Below, piece by piece: positions 26,531-34,568 of a stretch of 34,864 nt of DNA (position 1 is the first letter of the stretch; the number at the start of each line of letters is the position of its first letter). Source of the DNA: an uncultured Armatimonadia bacterium. Its GTDB lineage: Bacteria > Armatimonadota > Zipacnadia > Zipacnadales > JABUFB01. Under the pieces are notes generated by a model. That model was not told the DNA's origin. It made no database searches and saw only the letters and a program-made list of their open reading frames with translations. Made by a program: the position numbers and the translations under genes. The stretch covers positions 1-34,864 of the forward strand of contig CAYRFY010000006.1 of the NCBI GenBank assembly GCA_964423635.1. The letters run 5' to 3'.

Positions 26531-27769
26531 CTACTCGAGGGTTTCCACCGCCCCCACGGCCACCGGGACCTGCCGGCTCAGCTCGGCCGCCAACGCCTCC
26601 AGACGCTGCTGCCACTCGGCGATCCCCGGCGCCGTCTCGTACACTCGACTTCGCAGCCAGTCACCAACGATGTGGTAGCGCAGGGAGCCTTCGATGAGCG
26701 CGCAGCGAACGCGGTGGTCGCCGTCGGCCTCTATCGGGTCGAGAGCCGCCCCCGCAGGCAATATCAGACCCATCCCGATGGGCCCGATCTCGATGTTCTG
26801 CTGCCCCCAGTTGCCGAAGTAGCCCTTCTCCTTGTCGAAGCAGGTCTCCTCGGTAGGCAGCTTCGTCAGTCCCGGCGCCAGCAGGGCCTCCTCCGGAGCG
26901 CCCACCACCCTCACGCGAATCTCGCTCTCCTGGTGTCCGGCGTAGATGAGGCAGTTGATGCGGGCGGCCACGTCGCGGTTGTCCGGCACCAGGTTGTCCG
27001 CGGTGACCTCCACCACCGCCCGTACCGCCCCCACCGCCAACACCTCCTTGTCGAACCGCACGTCACCTTTGCCCTCCGGGTTCTGGATCCTGTACCCCTG
27101 CTCACCCAGATACAGCGTCAGCCCGCCGATCCCCGATGTCGTCCCCACCAGGAGCGGGTCCATGCCCCATTCGGTTTCCTGGTGATAGTCCCTGTCCCCG
27201 ATGGTGGGCAGGATGTACGTCTCGGGCGCGGGCTCCCCGCCGCCGGTCATCTTCTTGGCGAAAAAGTCAAACTGACCGTCATATACGCGATACGCAGCCA
27301 GGGCGGACTCCCAGCCGATGTTCGGAGGCACCCAGTCCTCGGCGGTGCGGGTCTTGAGCATGAACAGGCTGCTCCGCCGACCCTCAGGGCTGTAGTACAG
27401 ATAGTAGGTGCCCTGAGCCTCGGCGGGAACCGAGGCCAAGAAGGACAGCTCGCGGCCCACGGCCTCGTCGATCTCGTCCACCTGGTAGGGCATCTGCTCC
27501 CACTGCCCTTCGGCGTCCTGCGTCGCCAGGGCGCAGTTGCCCAGGTTCAGGTCCGTCGCCACAGCCTCCAGCTCAGCGACCGACAGGACCACGGGCCAGT
27601 TGCTCAGCGCCGCCCCTGCACTGTTGTCGAGGGTGATCGGGATGCGCCGGGTGAATGTGGACAAGATGTCCGGGACCGTGGGCTCCTGGCCGAGCGCCGG
27701 GTCCGCCGAACTGACGAACGCCAGGCCAAGCACGATCAGCACCGTTCCACGGAACGCGCCGACTGGCAT
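26531..27769 (-). CDS. Secreted DUF4861-like protein; first gene of the long minus-strand array
   Basis: The track ORF begins at a TTG at 27793. I prefer the ATG at 27769, which has GGAGG at 27778-27782 (8-nt spacer). That start gives MPVGAFRGTVLIVLGLAFVSSA, a Sec signal. The segment GWESALAAYRVYDGQFDFFAKK and the overall ~400-aa size resemble the DUF4861 family found next to uronate and pectin genes. This call is from memory and has not been searched. Confidence 0.5.
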   Translation of the reverse strand: MPVGAFRGTVLIVLGLAFVSSADPALGQEPTVPDILSTFTRRIPITLDNSAGAALSNWPVVLSVAELEAVATDLNLGNCALATQDAEGQWEQMPYQVDEIDEAVGRELSFLASVPAEAQGTYYLYYSPEGRRSSLFMLKTRTAEDWVPPNIGWESALAAYRVYDGQFDFFAKKMTGGGEPAPETYILPTIGDRDYHQETEWGMDPLLVGTTSGIGGLTLYLGEQGYRIQNPEGKGDVRFDKEVLAVGAVRAVVEVTADNLVPDNRDVAARINCLIYAGHQESEIRVRVVGAPEEALLAPGLTKLPTEETCFDKEKGYFGNWGQQNIEIGPIGMGLILPAGAALDPIEADGDHRVRCALIEGSLRYHIVGDWLRSRVYETAPGIAEWQQRLEALAAELSRQVPVAVGAVETLE

Positions 27770-28007
27770 GGAACGCACCTCCTGTCCCTGCAATGGCGAG
27801 CACCTGCTTGAGGGGCAGTCATGGCGGTTATCTTCGTTGAACAGGACAGGAGGGCCTCCTTCACGGGGATCCGGCGGCGACCGGAGGCCGGCAGGGCAAG
27901 GGCGGAGCCCCGACTCTCAACCCAACCGTCGCGCGGGGAAGGTCTCGGCGCCCTGAGCGGTGAACTGCCGCCGGCCGCCCGCACAGCACCGAGAGGTACG
28001 AGCAGGG
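27770..28007. promoter_or_regulatory. Divergent intergenic region, presumed to hold the promoters of the 13-gene minus array and of the membrane-protein gene
   Basis: The call rests on position only. It is the sole place where transcription of the long array can begin without upstream same-strand genes. I could not identify a convincing -35/-10 pair. Confidence 0.35.
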
Positions 28008-28769
28008 ATGAATCTGCAGCTCGGACCATGGGACGCCGTCCTGCTCATCGTCGTCACGGCGCAGTCCACCATGATGGCCTACCTGCACGCCCCGCGGCTG
28101 AAGGCCCTCATCTACGTTTTGCCTGTCCCCTTCACCCTCGCCAGCCTCGCGCTCGGGCAGCCCCTGGATAGTACCCACGTGTTGGGCATCTGCCTGGTCC
28201 CGCTGTATGCCAACACCGTGCGCTGGCTGCACTATGGCGCCCGGCTCCCGATCTCGGCGGCCATCGCCCTCGCGGCCACCTGTCAGGCGCTGCTTTCGGT
28301 GGCCCTGGCACGCGTCGTTCCGGTGACTGCGGCCGCCTTCTGGCTGTCCCTGGGCCTGCTTTTGGCGGGCGGTCTGGCCATATACGTGCTTACCCCGGCC
28401 GCGCACGAGCCGGGCTATCGCAGCCCCCTGCCGGTGCCGATCAAGACCCTTCTCGTCGCCGCAGTGATCTCGGGCCTGATCCTGGCCAAGAGCTATCTGG
28501 GCGGCTTCATGTCCGCTTTCCCGATGGTGGGGATCGTGGGCGCCTACGAGGCCCGGCACAGTCTGCGCACGCTCTGCCGGGCGGTACCGGTGCTCATGAT
28601 CTCCTTCGTGCCCCTGCTCATCGCCGGCCGGCTCCTGGGGCCCTCCATGGGCCTGGGCTGGGCGCTCCTGGTAGGGTGGGGAGGCTACCTGCTGACCATG
28701 TGGGTTTTGTCCCGTCTCACCCCGGGCCGGGAAACACAGGAGCGAGCGAAGAGCAAGCAGGCAGGCTAG
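28008..28769 (+). CDS. Polytopic inner-membrane protein of unknown function (about 8-9 TM helices)
   Basis: The track ORF starts at a GTG at 27960. The ATG at 28008 gives MNLQLGPWDAVLLIVV..., which begins directly at the first hydrophobic helix. Hydrophobic segments recur through to the C-terminus, which ends in a charged tail (RETQERAKSKQAG). The RBS is weak (GAGAGG 11 nt upstream). I recognise no family signature. Confidence 0.6.
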   Translation: MNLQLGPWDAVLLIVVTAQSTMMAYLHAPRLKALIYVLPVPFTLASLALGQPLDSTHVLGICLVPLYANTVRWLHYGARLPISAAIALAATCQALLSVALARVVPVTAAAFWLSLGLLLAGGLAIYVLTPAAHEPGYRSPLPVPIKTLLVAAVISGLILAKSYLGGFMSAFPMVGIVGAYEARHSLRTLCRAVPVLMISFVPLLIAGRLLGPSMGLGWALLVGWGGYLLTMWVLSRLTPGRETQERAKSKQAG

Positions 28770-28789
28770 GCAAGCCGTTGCCCGTTCCC

Positions 28790-29980
28790 CTACTCCTCTC
28801 CGCCCTTCGTCTCCAGCGCATGGCGCAGCATGGCCTCATACAGTGTGAGCTGGATGTCCAGGATCTGCTCCATGGTGACGGTGCAGAACTTGTCATCCGT
28901 GAAGCCGTGGGGGCACTCAAAGGTGAAGCTAGAGGCACCGCTGATGTGGTAGATGGCGCTGGTAAGGTTGAAGGGCGCCGGGTGCTCGCCGCCGTCGGCG
29001 GAGGCCTGGAACGGGTCGGCGTCCGGATTGCCGCCGGGCAGGTCGCGCTCCCGCAGCAGCGCGTAGAGGCGCCGGGCCAGCTCGGCGGCCTCCTGCTGGA
29101 CTTCCAGGGTCACGTACGCCGGGCGGAGAATGGCCGGGGGAAAGGAGTGGCTGTGGAGTGAGACCGCCAGATCGGGCCCCTCCTCCTTGGCCACCTTCAG
29201 CACCGCCGGCGCCTCGGGCCCCATCGGGTCCAGGAAGTCGTCGTGCATCGGGTTGACCCCGGCGTCATTGAAGTAGCAGCCCGGGAAGCCCACATTGTCC
29301 CCAACCATGGGATGCTGCAGCTTGGAGAAGGGCCATACGAGTTGGCTGCCGTCGCTGAGCGTCCCCATGCCCCACGGGAAGCGCCCCTCCGACAGCTCGC
29401 CGGCACTGCAGCGGGGCGCAAAGCGGGCGATGCCGTCGGGATTGGCCTGAGGAATGATGACCAGCCGGCAGCGGTCGCCGAGGGCCTGCAGCGTCGACTG
29501 GTCTCTCGCGCGCAGATCGCGGCCGGTCTCCATGATGTGGACGAGGTTCACCAGACCCGTGAGGTTCTCCACCTCCTGGCCGTGGACAGGGCCGAGAAAC
29601 AGGATGACGGGCTTTTGGCGGGCGGCCTTGTTCCTGTACGCCGAGGCGTCGCGGCCGCCGATGGCGGAGTTGAAGTTCGCCGCACCCCGGACGTCCTCGT
29701 AGGCTCCGAAGGTGACCACATGGATCGGCCGCCCCCCGGGGGATACGGCGATCAGCCGCGCTTCACCGCGCTCCAGGGCCTCCCAGCGGGCGGTGAGGCC
29801 GCGGACGTCGCCAAACCAGAATCCCGGCAGCTCCCGGTCGGGGATCTGAGCCAGCCCCTGCTCGTAGGTCATCTTCGGCAGGTCGTTGTCGGGCATCGTG
29901 GACACTCCTTGGCACAGAGCGGTAGTGAGGCTGAGGACGGCAAGACAGGTCAGTACCGCTGGAACGCTTTGGCGCCTCAT
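28790..29980 (-). CDS. Secreted M14-family zinc carboxypeptidase-like protein
   Basis: The 396-aa ORF starts at an ATG with GGAGG 8 nt upstream and has a signal peptide (VPAVLTCLAVLSLTTALCQG). The Zn ligands are in the M14 order: VHGQE (HxxE), then ANPDG, then SLHSH (third His). FTFECPHG supplies the candidate catalytic Glu. Confidence 0.7.
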   Translation of the reverse strand: MRRQSVPAVLTCLAVLSLTTALCQGVSTMPDNDLPKMTYEQGLAQIPDRELPGFWFGDVRGLTARWEALERGEARLIAVSPGGRPIHVVTFGAYEDVRGAANFNSAIGGRDASAYRNKAARQKPVILFLGPVHGQEVENLTGLVNLVHIMETGRDLRARDQSTLQALGDRCRLVIIPQANPDGIARFAPRCSAGELSEGRFPWGMGTLSDGSQLVWPFSKLQHPMVGDNVGFPGCYFNDAGVNPMHDDFLDPMGPEAPAVLKVAKEEGPDLAVSLHSHSFPPAILRPAYVTLEVQQEAAELARRLYALLRERDLPGGNPDADPFQASADGGEHPAPFNLTSAIYHISGASSFTFECPHGFTDDKFCTVTMEQILDIQLTLYEAMLRHALETKGGEE

Positions 29981-30323
29981 TGGACCGGCCTCCGGAGGGA
30001 TGCGGCGGGCTCTCGACGCGGGCCATGCCCGGCGAGCGGGGCCCGCCGCAGGCTATGGCCGTCCGGCTTCTGCTCACCACGTCACCGGCTCGGGCCTTCT
30101 ATTGGGAATGCGAGCTCCATCCAGCGTCAACGAAGTGCAAGAAGCCCGCTACCCGCTGAGCATTCCGCCGTGCTCGCGCGTCTATCCTACTCCTCGGCGG
30201 CGGAGGGCCGACCGGCGACTCAAGTCGGTTCGCCAAGTCCACGAGGTTTCCTGCCGCCGGTGTGAGAATACAACTAATGTCTTCGCCATCGGCTCACGTC
30301 ATCTCTGAGGAGGTCTAGCGAGC
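29981..30323. promoter_or_regulatory. 343-bp divergent intergenic region between the M14-like and TIM-barrel genes
   Basis: The region is defined by position. It contains one copy of CGTCAACG (30125-30132). It also holds the most AT-rich stretch I noticed in the window (tgtgagaatacaactaatgt, 30261-30280). Confidence 0.35.
30261..30269 (+). promoter_or_regulatory. Possible extended -10 element (TGtGAGAAT) for the 30324 gene
   Basis: A TGn motif plus GAGAAT (4/6 match to TATAAT) lies ~55 nt upstream of the ATG. There is no good -35 at 17-bp spacing. Confidence 0.2.
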
Positions 30324-31901
30324 ATGCACTGGTTCGTCATTGCCCTGTCTCTTCTGCCGGCACCCCATGCACAGGCCGCGGAGGCCATCGATACCGTCTC
30401 CATCGACGCCAACCGTGCCTTCTTCGTTAACCACAAGCCATTCTTCCCGATCATGATCTGGCTCCAGGACCCGGAGAACTTCCCCAAGGCCCTGGAGGCC
30501 GGCTGCAACACCGTCGCCGGCTACTGGCCCGGCAGTGGCGGCACGGCGGATGTCGCCGAGTACATGACCCACGTGCAGAGCGCCGGCATGTACGGAGTGA
30601 TGCCCTTCGACGAGAAGCTCAAGGGCAATTCGGCCCTGCTGGGTTACATCCACGACGACGAGCCGGACCTGTCTCACCCGGAGAGCGACGCCGAGATCAT
30701 CCCGGACCCGAGTCTGAGGATCAACGAGGACGCCCCGCTGTGGAAGATCTTCGACGGGGTGACGCACACCTGGTCCGTCCTGGACCCGCTGGAGGGGGCC
30801 GGCTTCACCGTCAAGCTCAAGACCCCCGTCAAGGTCGAGAAACTGGCGGTCTGGCTCACCGCCTCTCCCCGCCTTTCCGTGGCCAAGGACGTGGAATTCC
30901 TGGCGGACGGCAGGCCCCTGGTCTCCGGGACGCTGGAGAGCAAGCTGGGGTCCCAGGAGCTGAGCTTCGCCCCGACGGAGCTGACAGAGTTGACGGTGCG
31001 GGTCAAGAGCACTTACGAGGGGGAGCAGCCCTGGGGCTCGATCTCCGAGATCGAGGGCTTCGACGCCGAGGGGCAAAGCGTCTTGCTCTGTGCGCCACGC
31101 CAGGTGCCCAGGCAGTCGCCGGAGGAGACACTGGCGACGTACCGGGCGATCAAGCAGGCCGACGACACCCGGCCCGTGTTCCTCACGGTCACCGCCAACT
31201 TCATGCCCGCCTTCGCCAAGTGGACCCCGGAGGAGAGAGAACCCCTCTACCGCGCCTATGCCGAGGCCGCCGATGCTATCGGCTTTGACGTCTACCCCCT
31301 CTATGGGTGGGGGAGGCCGGAGTGGATCGACCGCGTCCGCGACGGCGCCGAGCTCCTGCAGCAACTGGCGGGCAATCGCCCCACATACCAGTGGATCGAG
31401 ACCAACAAGGGCAGCGAGTGGGTGAGCGAGGCCAGGCAGGTGGATGTCACACCCCGCCACATCCGGGCGGAGGTCTGGATGGCCATCTGCCGGGGCGCCA
31501 CGGCCATCGGCTACTTCACCCACGTGTGGAAGCCCGCATACTCCCAGTTCAAGGTCCCCGAGCGCAATGTGGCGGCGATGAAATGGATCAACGACCAGAT
31601 CACCCGCCTGACGCCCGTGCTCGCCACCGCCAACAGCAAGACGGAGGTCAAGATCGCGATCCCCGGGCATGTGAGGGCGGACATCATGGCCAAGGACCAC
31701 GAGGGCTTCTTGCACCTGTTCGGCGTGGTCTGCGATCCCCGCGAGCGCGGTGGCGATGCCACCATCTCGGTGGCCGGCCTGCCCGCGGGGACGGAGGTGG
31801 AAGTCATCGACGAGGGCCGCACGATCACCGCCGATGAGGGAGGCTTCGTGGACTACTTCGGTCCGCTGGAGGTTCATGCGTACAGGATCAAGCAGTGGTG
31901 A
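30324..31901 (+). CDS. Secreted TIM-barrel glycoside-hydrolase-like protein with an inserted discoidin-like beta-sandwich
   Basis: The 525-aa ORF starts at an ATG with GAGGAGG 10 nt upstream and has a signal peptide (MHWFVIALSLLPAPHAQA). LGYIHDDEPD is a possible acid/base Glu strand. Residues ~125-255 end in PWGSISEIEGF, which is discoidin-like. YQWIETNKG is a possible nucleophile Glu strand. The 520-aa antisense ORF (30315..31877) is Arg/Gly/His/Val-rich with no motifs, so I reject it. Confidence 0.6.
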   Translation: MHWFVIALSLLPAPHAQAAEAIDTVSIDANRAFFVNHKPFFPIMIWLQDPENFPKALEAGCNTVAGYWPGSGGTADVAEYMTHVQSAGMYGVMPFDEKLKGNSALLGYIHDDEPDLSHPESDAEIIPDPSLRINEDAPLWKIFDGVTHTWSVLDPLEGAGFTVKLKTPVKVEKLAVWLTASPRLSVAKDVEFLADGRPLVSGTLESKLGSQELSFAPTELTELTVRVKSTYEGEQPWGSISEIEGFDAEGQSVLLCAPRQVPRQSPEETLATYRAIKQADDTRPVFLTVTANFMPAFAKWTPEEREPLYRAYAEAADAIGFDVYPLYGWGRPEWIDRVRDGAELLQQLAGNRPTYQWIETNKGSEWVSEARQVDVTPRHIRAEVWMAICRGATAIGYFTHVWKPAYSQFKVPERNVAAMKWINDQITRLTPVLATANSKTEVKIAIPGHVRADIMAKDHEGFLHLFGVVCDPRERGGDATISVAGLPAGTEVEVIDEGRTITADEGGFVDYFGPLEVHAYRIKQW

Positions 31902-31988
31902 GGACGGCCCCGGGCCGCCTCAGCTTCAGGCGCCCCCAATGCGTTCGGGGCGTCGCGTACATCAATGGTCGCGGGAGGGAGCAAGAGC

Positions 31989-32216
31989 ATGGCATCTGAC
32001 ACGATCACCGAAAAGGACCGAGAGCTGGCCAAGCAGTGCCTCGAGTGCCCCATGTGCGGCCGGGCTCGAAACAAGCAACGTGGTCTGGCGTTCCTCTTCG
32101 TCAAGTGGCTGGAACGCGGCCTGTGCCCGGCCTGCAAGGCCTATGAGAAGGTCTACGGCAAGAAGGCCCACGAGCCGCTGGAAGAAGGCGCCCGGGAAGA
32201 CCCCGGCGAGGGGTAG
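31989..32216 (+). CDS. Small Cys-rich zinc-ribbon-like protein (75 aa)
   Basis: The track ORF starts at an ATG at 31965. GGGAGGGA (31973-31980) sits 8 nt before the ATG at 31989, giving MASDTITEKDRELAKQCLECPMCGRARNKQRGLAFLFVKWLERGLCPACKAYEKVYGKKAHEP.... The Cys pattern is CxxCxxC-22 residues-CxxC. Composition is Lys/Glu-rich, unlike the Arg/Pro-rich shadow ORFs around it. Confidence 0.55.
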   Translation: MASDTITEKDRELAKQCLECPMCGRARNKQRGLAFLFVKWLERGLCPACKAYEKVYGKKAHEPLEEGAREDPGEG

Positions 32217-32300
32217 GAGAACCCGGCGACGGAGAACGCTGCGGGGGCGGCCGTCCGGCGCGCCCGGTGGCCGGACCTCGAGCCACGCCGGGGCCGCCCG

Positions 32301-34568
32301 CTACATCTGATCGTGAGAGTGCCTGCCGGCCATGGAGCGGGCCAGGGCCGTCAGGGCGATGATCAGAAACACCAGCCCCTCCGTGGGCAGGAGGTTTTGC
32401 GGAGCATCCTCCAGGTACATGATGATGGCCAATGCGGCGTGCCTGGCCACCGGGCGCGCGGTTTCGGTGGCCAGCGTGCTCTCGCCCACGATCCGCGCTT
32501 CGGCCGCGAACTGCCCGATCTCGTCGCTGTCCAGGGCGCGGGCCGCCATCTTCGCAAGCCCCTTGACCTGCTGACGCATGCTGTCGTCGAACGACTCGGC
32601 CCTCCCCAGCAGGCGCACGATCCGGCGCATCATGGGCTCGGCCATCTCCGCCCGCTGCAGGGGCTCGGCGGTGGCCAGGCGGTAGAAATGGTTCTTCTCG
32701 CCCAACACGCGGCAGACGCCGTTGATCACCTGCATCCTCACTACCGGCTGGATGAGGCGGGGCAGGTGCCGCATGATGGGCTCGACCACCCGCAGGTCCG
32801 GGCGGCGGGTGGCGGCGTCGGCGATGGTCGGGAAAAGCTGCCGGTCGAAGGGGCCCTGCAGGGCTCCCAGCAGCGCCTCGGCGGCCTCGTGTGCGGGCAA
32901 TGCCCCCAGGGCCAGGGCCGCGCTGGTGCGCACCCGCGGGTCCTCATCCGCCAGGGCCTCCACCAGGCGCTCGGCCACGGCGCTGTCCCCGATCTTCCCC
33001 AGCGCCTCGGCGGCCTCCGGCCGGATGTCGGATTCGCTGTCATTGAGCGTCTCCACAAGAGAAGTCACGGCCTCGGCGAAGTGACCGTCCCCCAGACCCC
33101 TCGCCGCCTGGGTCCGCACCTCCTTGCTCATGTGTCCCAGCCCCCGCAGAAGAGGTCGCACGGCCAGAGGCGTGCCGGAGCGCCCGAGCTGACGCATCGC
33201 CCGCGCACGCCCCTCATCCCCCCGGGCAAACTGGTAGGCGGCGAAGTTGTATGCATAGCTCAGCAGATTGCCCCGGAACTGGCCCAACAGGTACCTGGGT
33301 GACGTGGCGTCCGGCTCCTGCACCAGGGGCGCCAATGCCAGCGGAAGCAGATACAGGCAGCCGGAGATCCCGAAGATCACCTGTAGGGAGGACATCTGCA
33401 TCCCCAGCAGGTCCATCTCCGCCGGAAGGTAAGTGCGCAGGGCGCCACCGGCGAAGGGGCCCATTCCGGCGGCCACCGCCGAAAGGCCCGTCCAGGCCGC
33501 GAAGTACGACGTGTTCCCGATCCCCAAAGGGACGATTTTGTAAAGCAGGCTGCTCAGGGCCACCGACAGGCCCGAAACCGCGAGTCCACCCAGGAAAGAG
33601 GCGATCGGCACCGTCACCGCGCAGGTCGCCTTTGTCGTGAACAGCCACAAGAACGGCCCCACCATCGCCGGCACCAGGAGGACTTGCAGGATCGGTTTCG
33701 AGCCGAACCTCTGGGCCAACGCCCCGAAGGCCAGATAGCCCAGGATCATGCAAAACAGCGTGATGTTCGTATAGATGGCGATGCGGCTGTAGGAAAGCCC
33801 CAGGTACTTGAGCATGTAGATGCCGTAGAAGGCCCCGGCCACGTTCATGGCGATGTTCCAGGCGCACAGAAACAGGGCCAGGACCAGGAACCGCCTGTCC
33901 CGCAGAGGCTCCAGCAGCGAGCTGGTGAACCCCACGGCGGGCGGCGCGTCCAGACGCGGCATGGGCGTGACGGCCATGATCCAGTACCCCGCCAGGCCCG
34001 CCAGCCACCCGGTAGCGAACACCGCCGCGAACCCCACGAAACCCTCGACCCGGTCCAGCCAGGCGCTGGCTGCGTACAGGTAGACCATGGACGTCAGCGT
34101 GAGGATGAACATCCGCCGCCCGATGTAGGTGGCCCGTACCTCCTCGGGGACCACATTGCTCATCCACGAGCTATACAGCGGACTGACCGTATTGCCCATC
34201 AGGTACGCCGAGACCAAAAGCACGGCCACGCCCAGGAAGCGATAGTCGGAGGCCACCAGGGCCATGAGCACCGCGCAGCTCGCGGCGGTGATCTCGCAGT
34301 TGCCCAGCGCGATCATGAACAGCCGCTTACGGCCGATGGAGCGGGTGACATAGAAGCTCACCAACTGGCTGGCGCCGGAGAGTGAGGCCAGGCTGACGAG
34401 GAAGGCGATCTGCGCTTCGGAAAGGCCGATGTGCAGCGCATAGCCGGAGAAGATCGCCCCGGCCACCGTTGCATTGGGGCCGTAGACAGACCACAGCGCG
34501 CCCTGCAACGTGAAGTGCCGCAGGGCCCGGGCGATGCGGGGCTGGGAGAGCTTCTCTTCGGGCAACAT
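32301..34568 (-). CDS. MFS transporter fused to a C-terminal HEAT-repeat domain and a terminal TM helix
   Basis: The track ORF starts at a GTG at 34625. I prefer the ATG at 34568, which has AGGGGA upstream. About 12 TM segments are present, with the MFS loop motif (TRSIGRKRLF) after TM2. From roughly nt 33220 to 32390 there are PBS-lyase/HEAT-like repeats: VRTQAARGLGD, IRPEAAEALGKIGD and DPRVRTSAALALGAL. The last ~25 aa contain the hydrophobic helix GLVFLIIALTALA (nt 32341-32379). Confidence 0.75.
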   Translation of the reverse strand: MLPEEKLSQPRIARALRHFTLQGALWSVYGPNATVAGAIFSGYALHIGLSEAQIAFLVSLASLSGASQLVSFYVTRSIGRKRLFMIALGNCEITAASCAVLMALVASDYRFLGVAVLLVSAYLMGNTVSPLYSSWMSNVVPEEVRATYIGRRMFILTLTSMVYLYAASAWLDRVEGFVGFAAVFATGWLAGLAGYWIMAVTPMPRLDAPPAVGFTSSLLEPLRDRRFLVLALFLCAWNIAMNVAGAFYGIYMLKYLGLSYSRIAIYTNITLFCMILGYLAFGALAQRFGSKPILQVLLVPAMVGPFLWLFTTKATCAVTVPIASFLGGLAVSGLSVALSSLLYKIVPLGIGNTSYFAAWTGLSAVAAGMGPFAGGALRTYLPAEMDLLGMQMSSLQVIFGISGCLYLLPLALAPLVQEPDATSPRYLLGQFRGNLLSYAYNFAAYQFARGDEGRARAMRQLGRSGTPLAVRPLLRGLGHMSKEVRTQAARGLGDGHFAEAVTSLVETLNDSESDIRPEAAEALGKIGDSAVAERLVEALADEDPRVRTSAALALGALPAHEAAEALLGALQGPFDRQLFPTIADAATRRPDLRVVEPIMRHLPRLIQPVVRMQVINGVCRVLGEKNHFYRLATAEPLQRAEMAEPMMRRIVRLLGRAESFDDSMRQQVKGLAKMAARALDSDEIGQFAAEARIVGESTLATETARPVARHAALAIIMYLEDAPQNLLPTEGLVFLIIALTALARSMAGRHSHDQM

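Noticed and set aside
27834-27866. Palindromic AGGAGGGCCTCCT element in the divergent spacer as a hairpin or terminator
   Set aside because: The arms abut with a single unpaired base, so it cannot fold as an RNA hairpin. It is at most a protein-binding palindrome, with no second copy to support that.
30315-31877. 520-aa minus-strand ORF opposite the TIM-barrel gene
   Set aside because: Its composition is shadow-like (GDRAALVDDFHLRPRGQAGHRDGG...) with no RBS. The plus frame has GAGGAGG, a signal peptide and protein-like composition.
32217-32300. Bidirectional terminator between the convergent zinc-ribbon and MFS-HEAT genes; likewise the 20-bp gap at 28770-28789
   Set aside because: Only short or imperfect GC stems are present (gtccgg...ccggac; ggcaa...ttgcc) and there are no T-tracts. 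The evidence is too weak to list as a feature.
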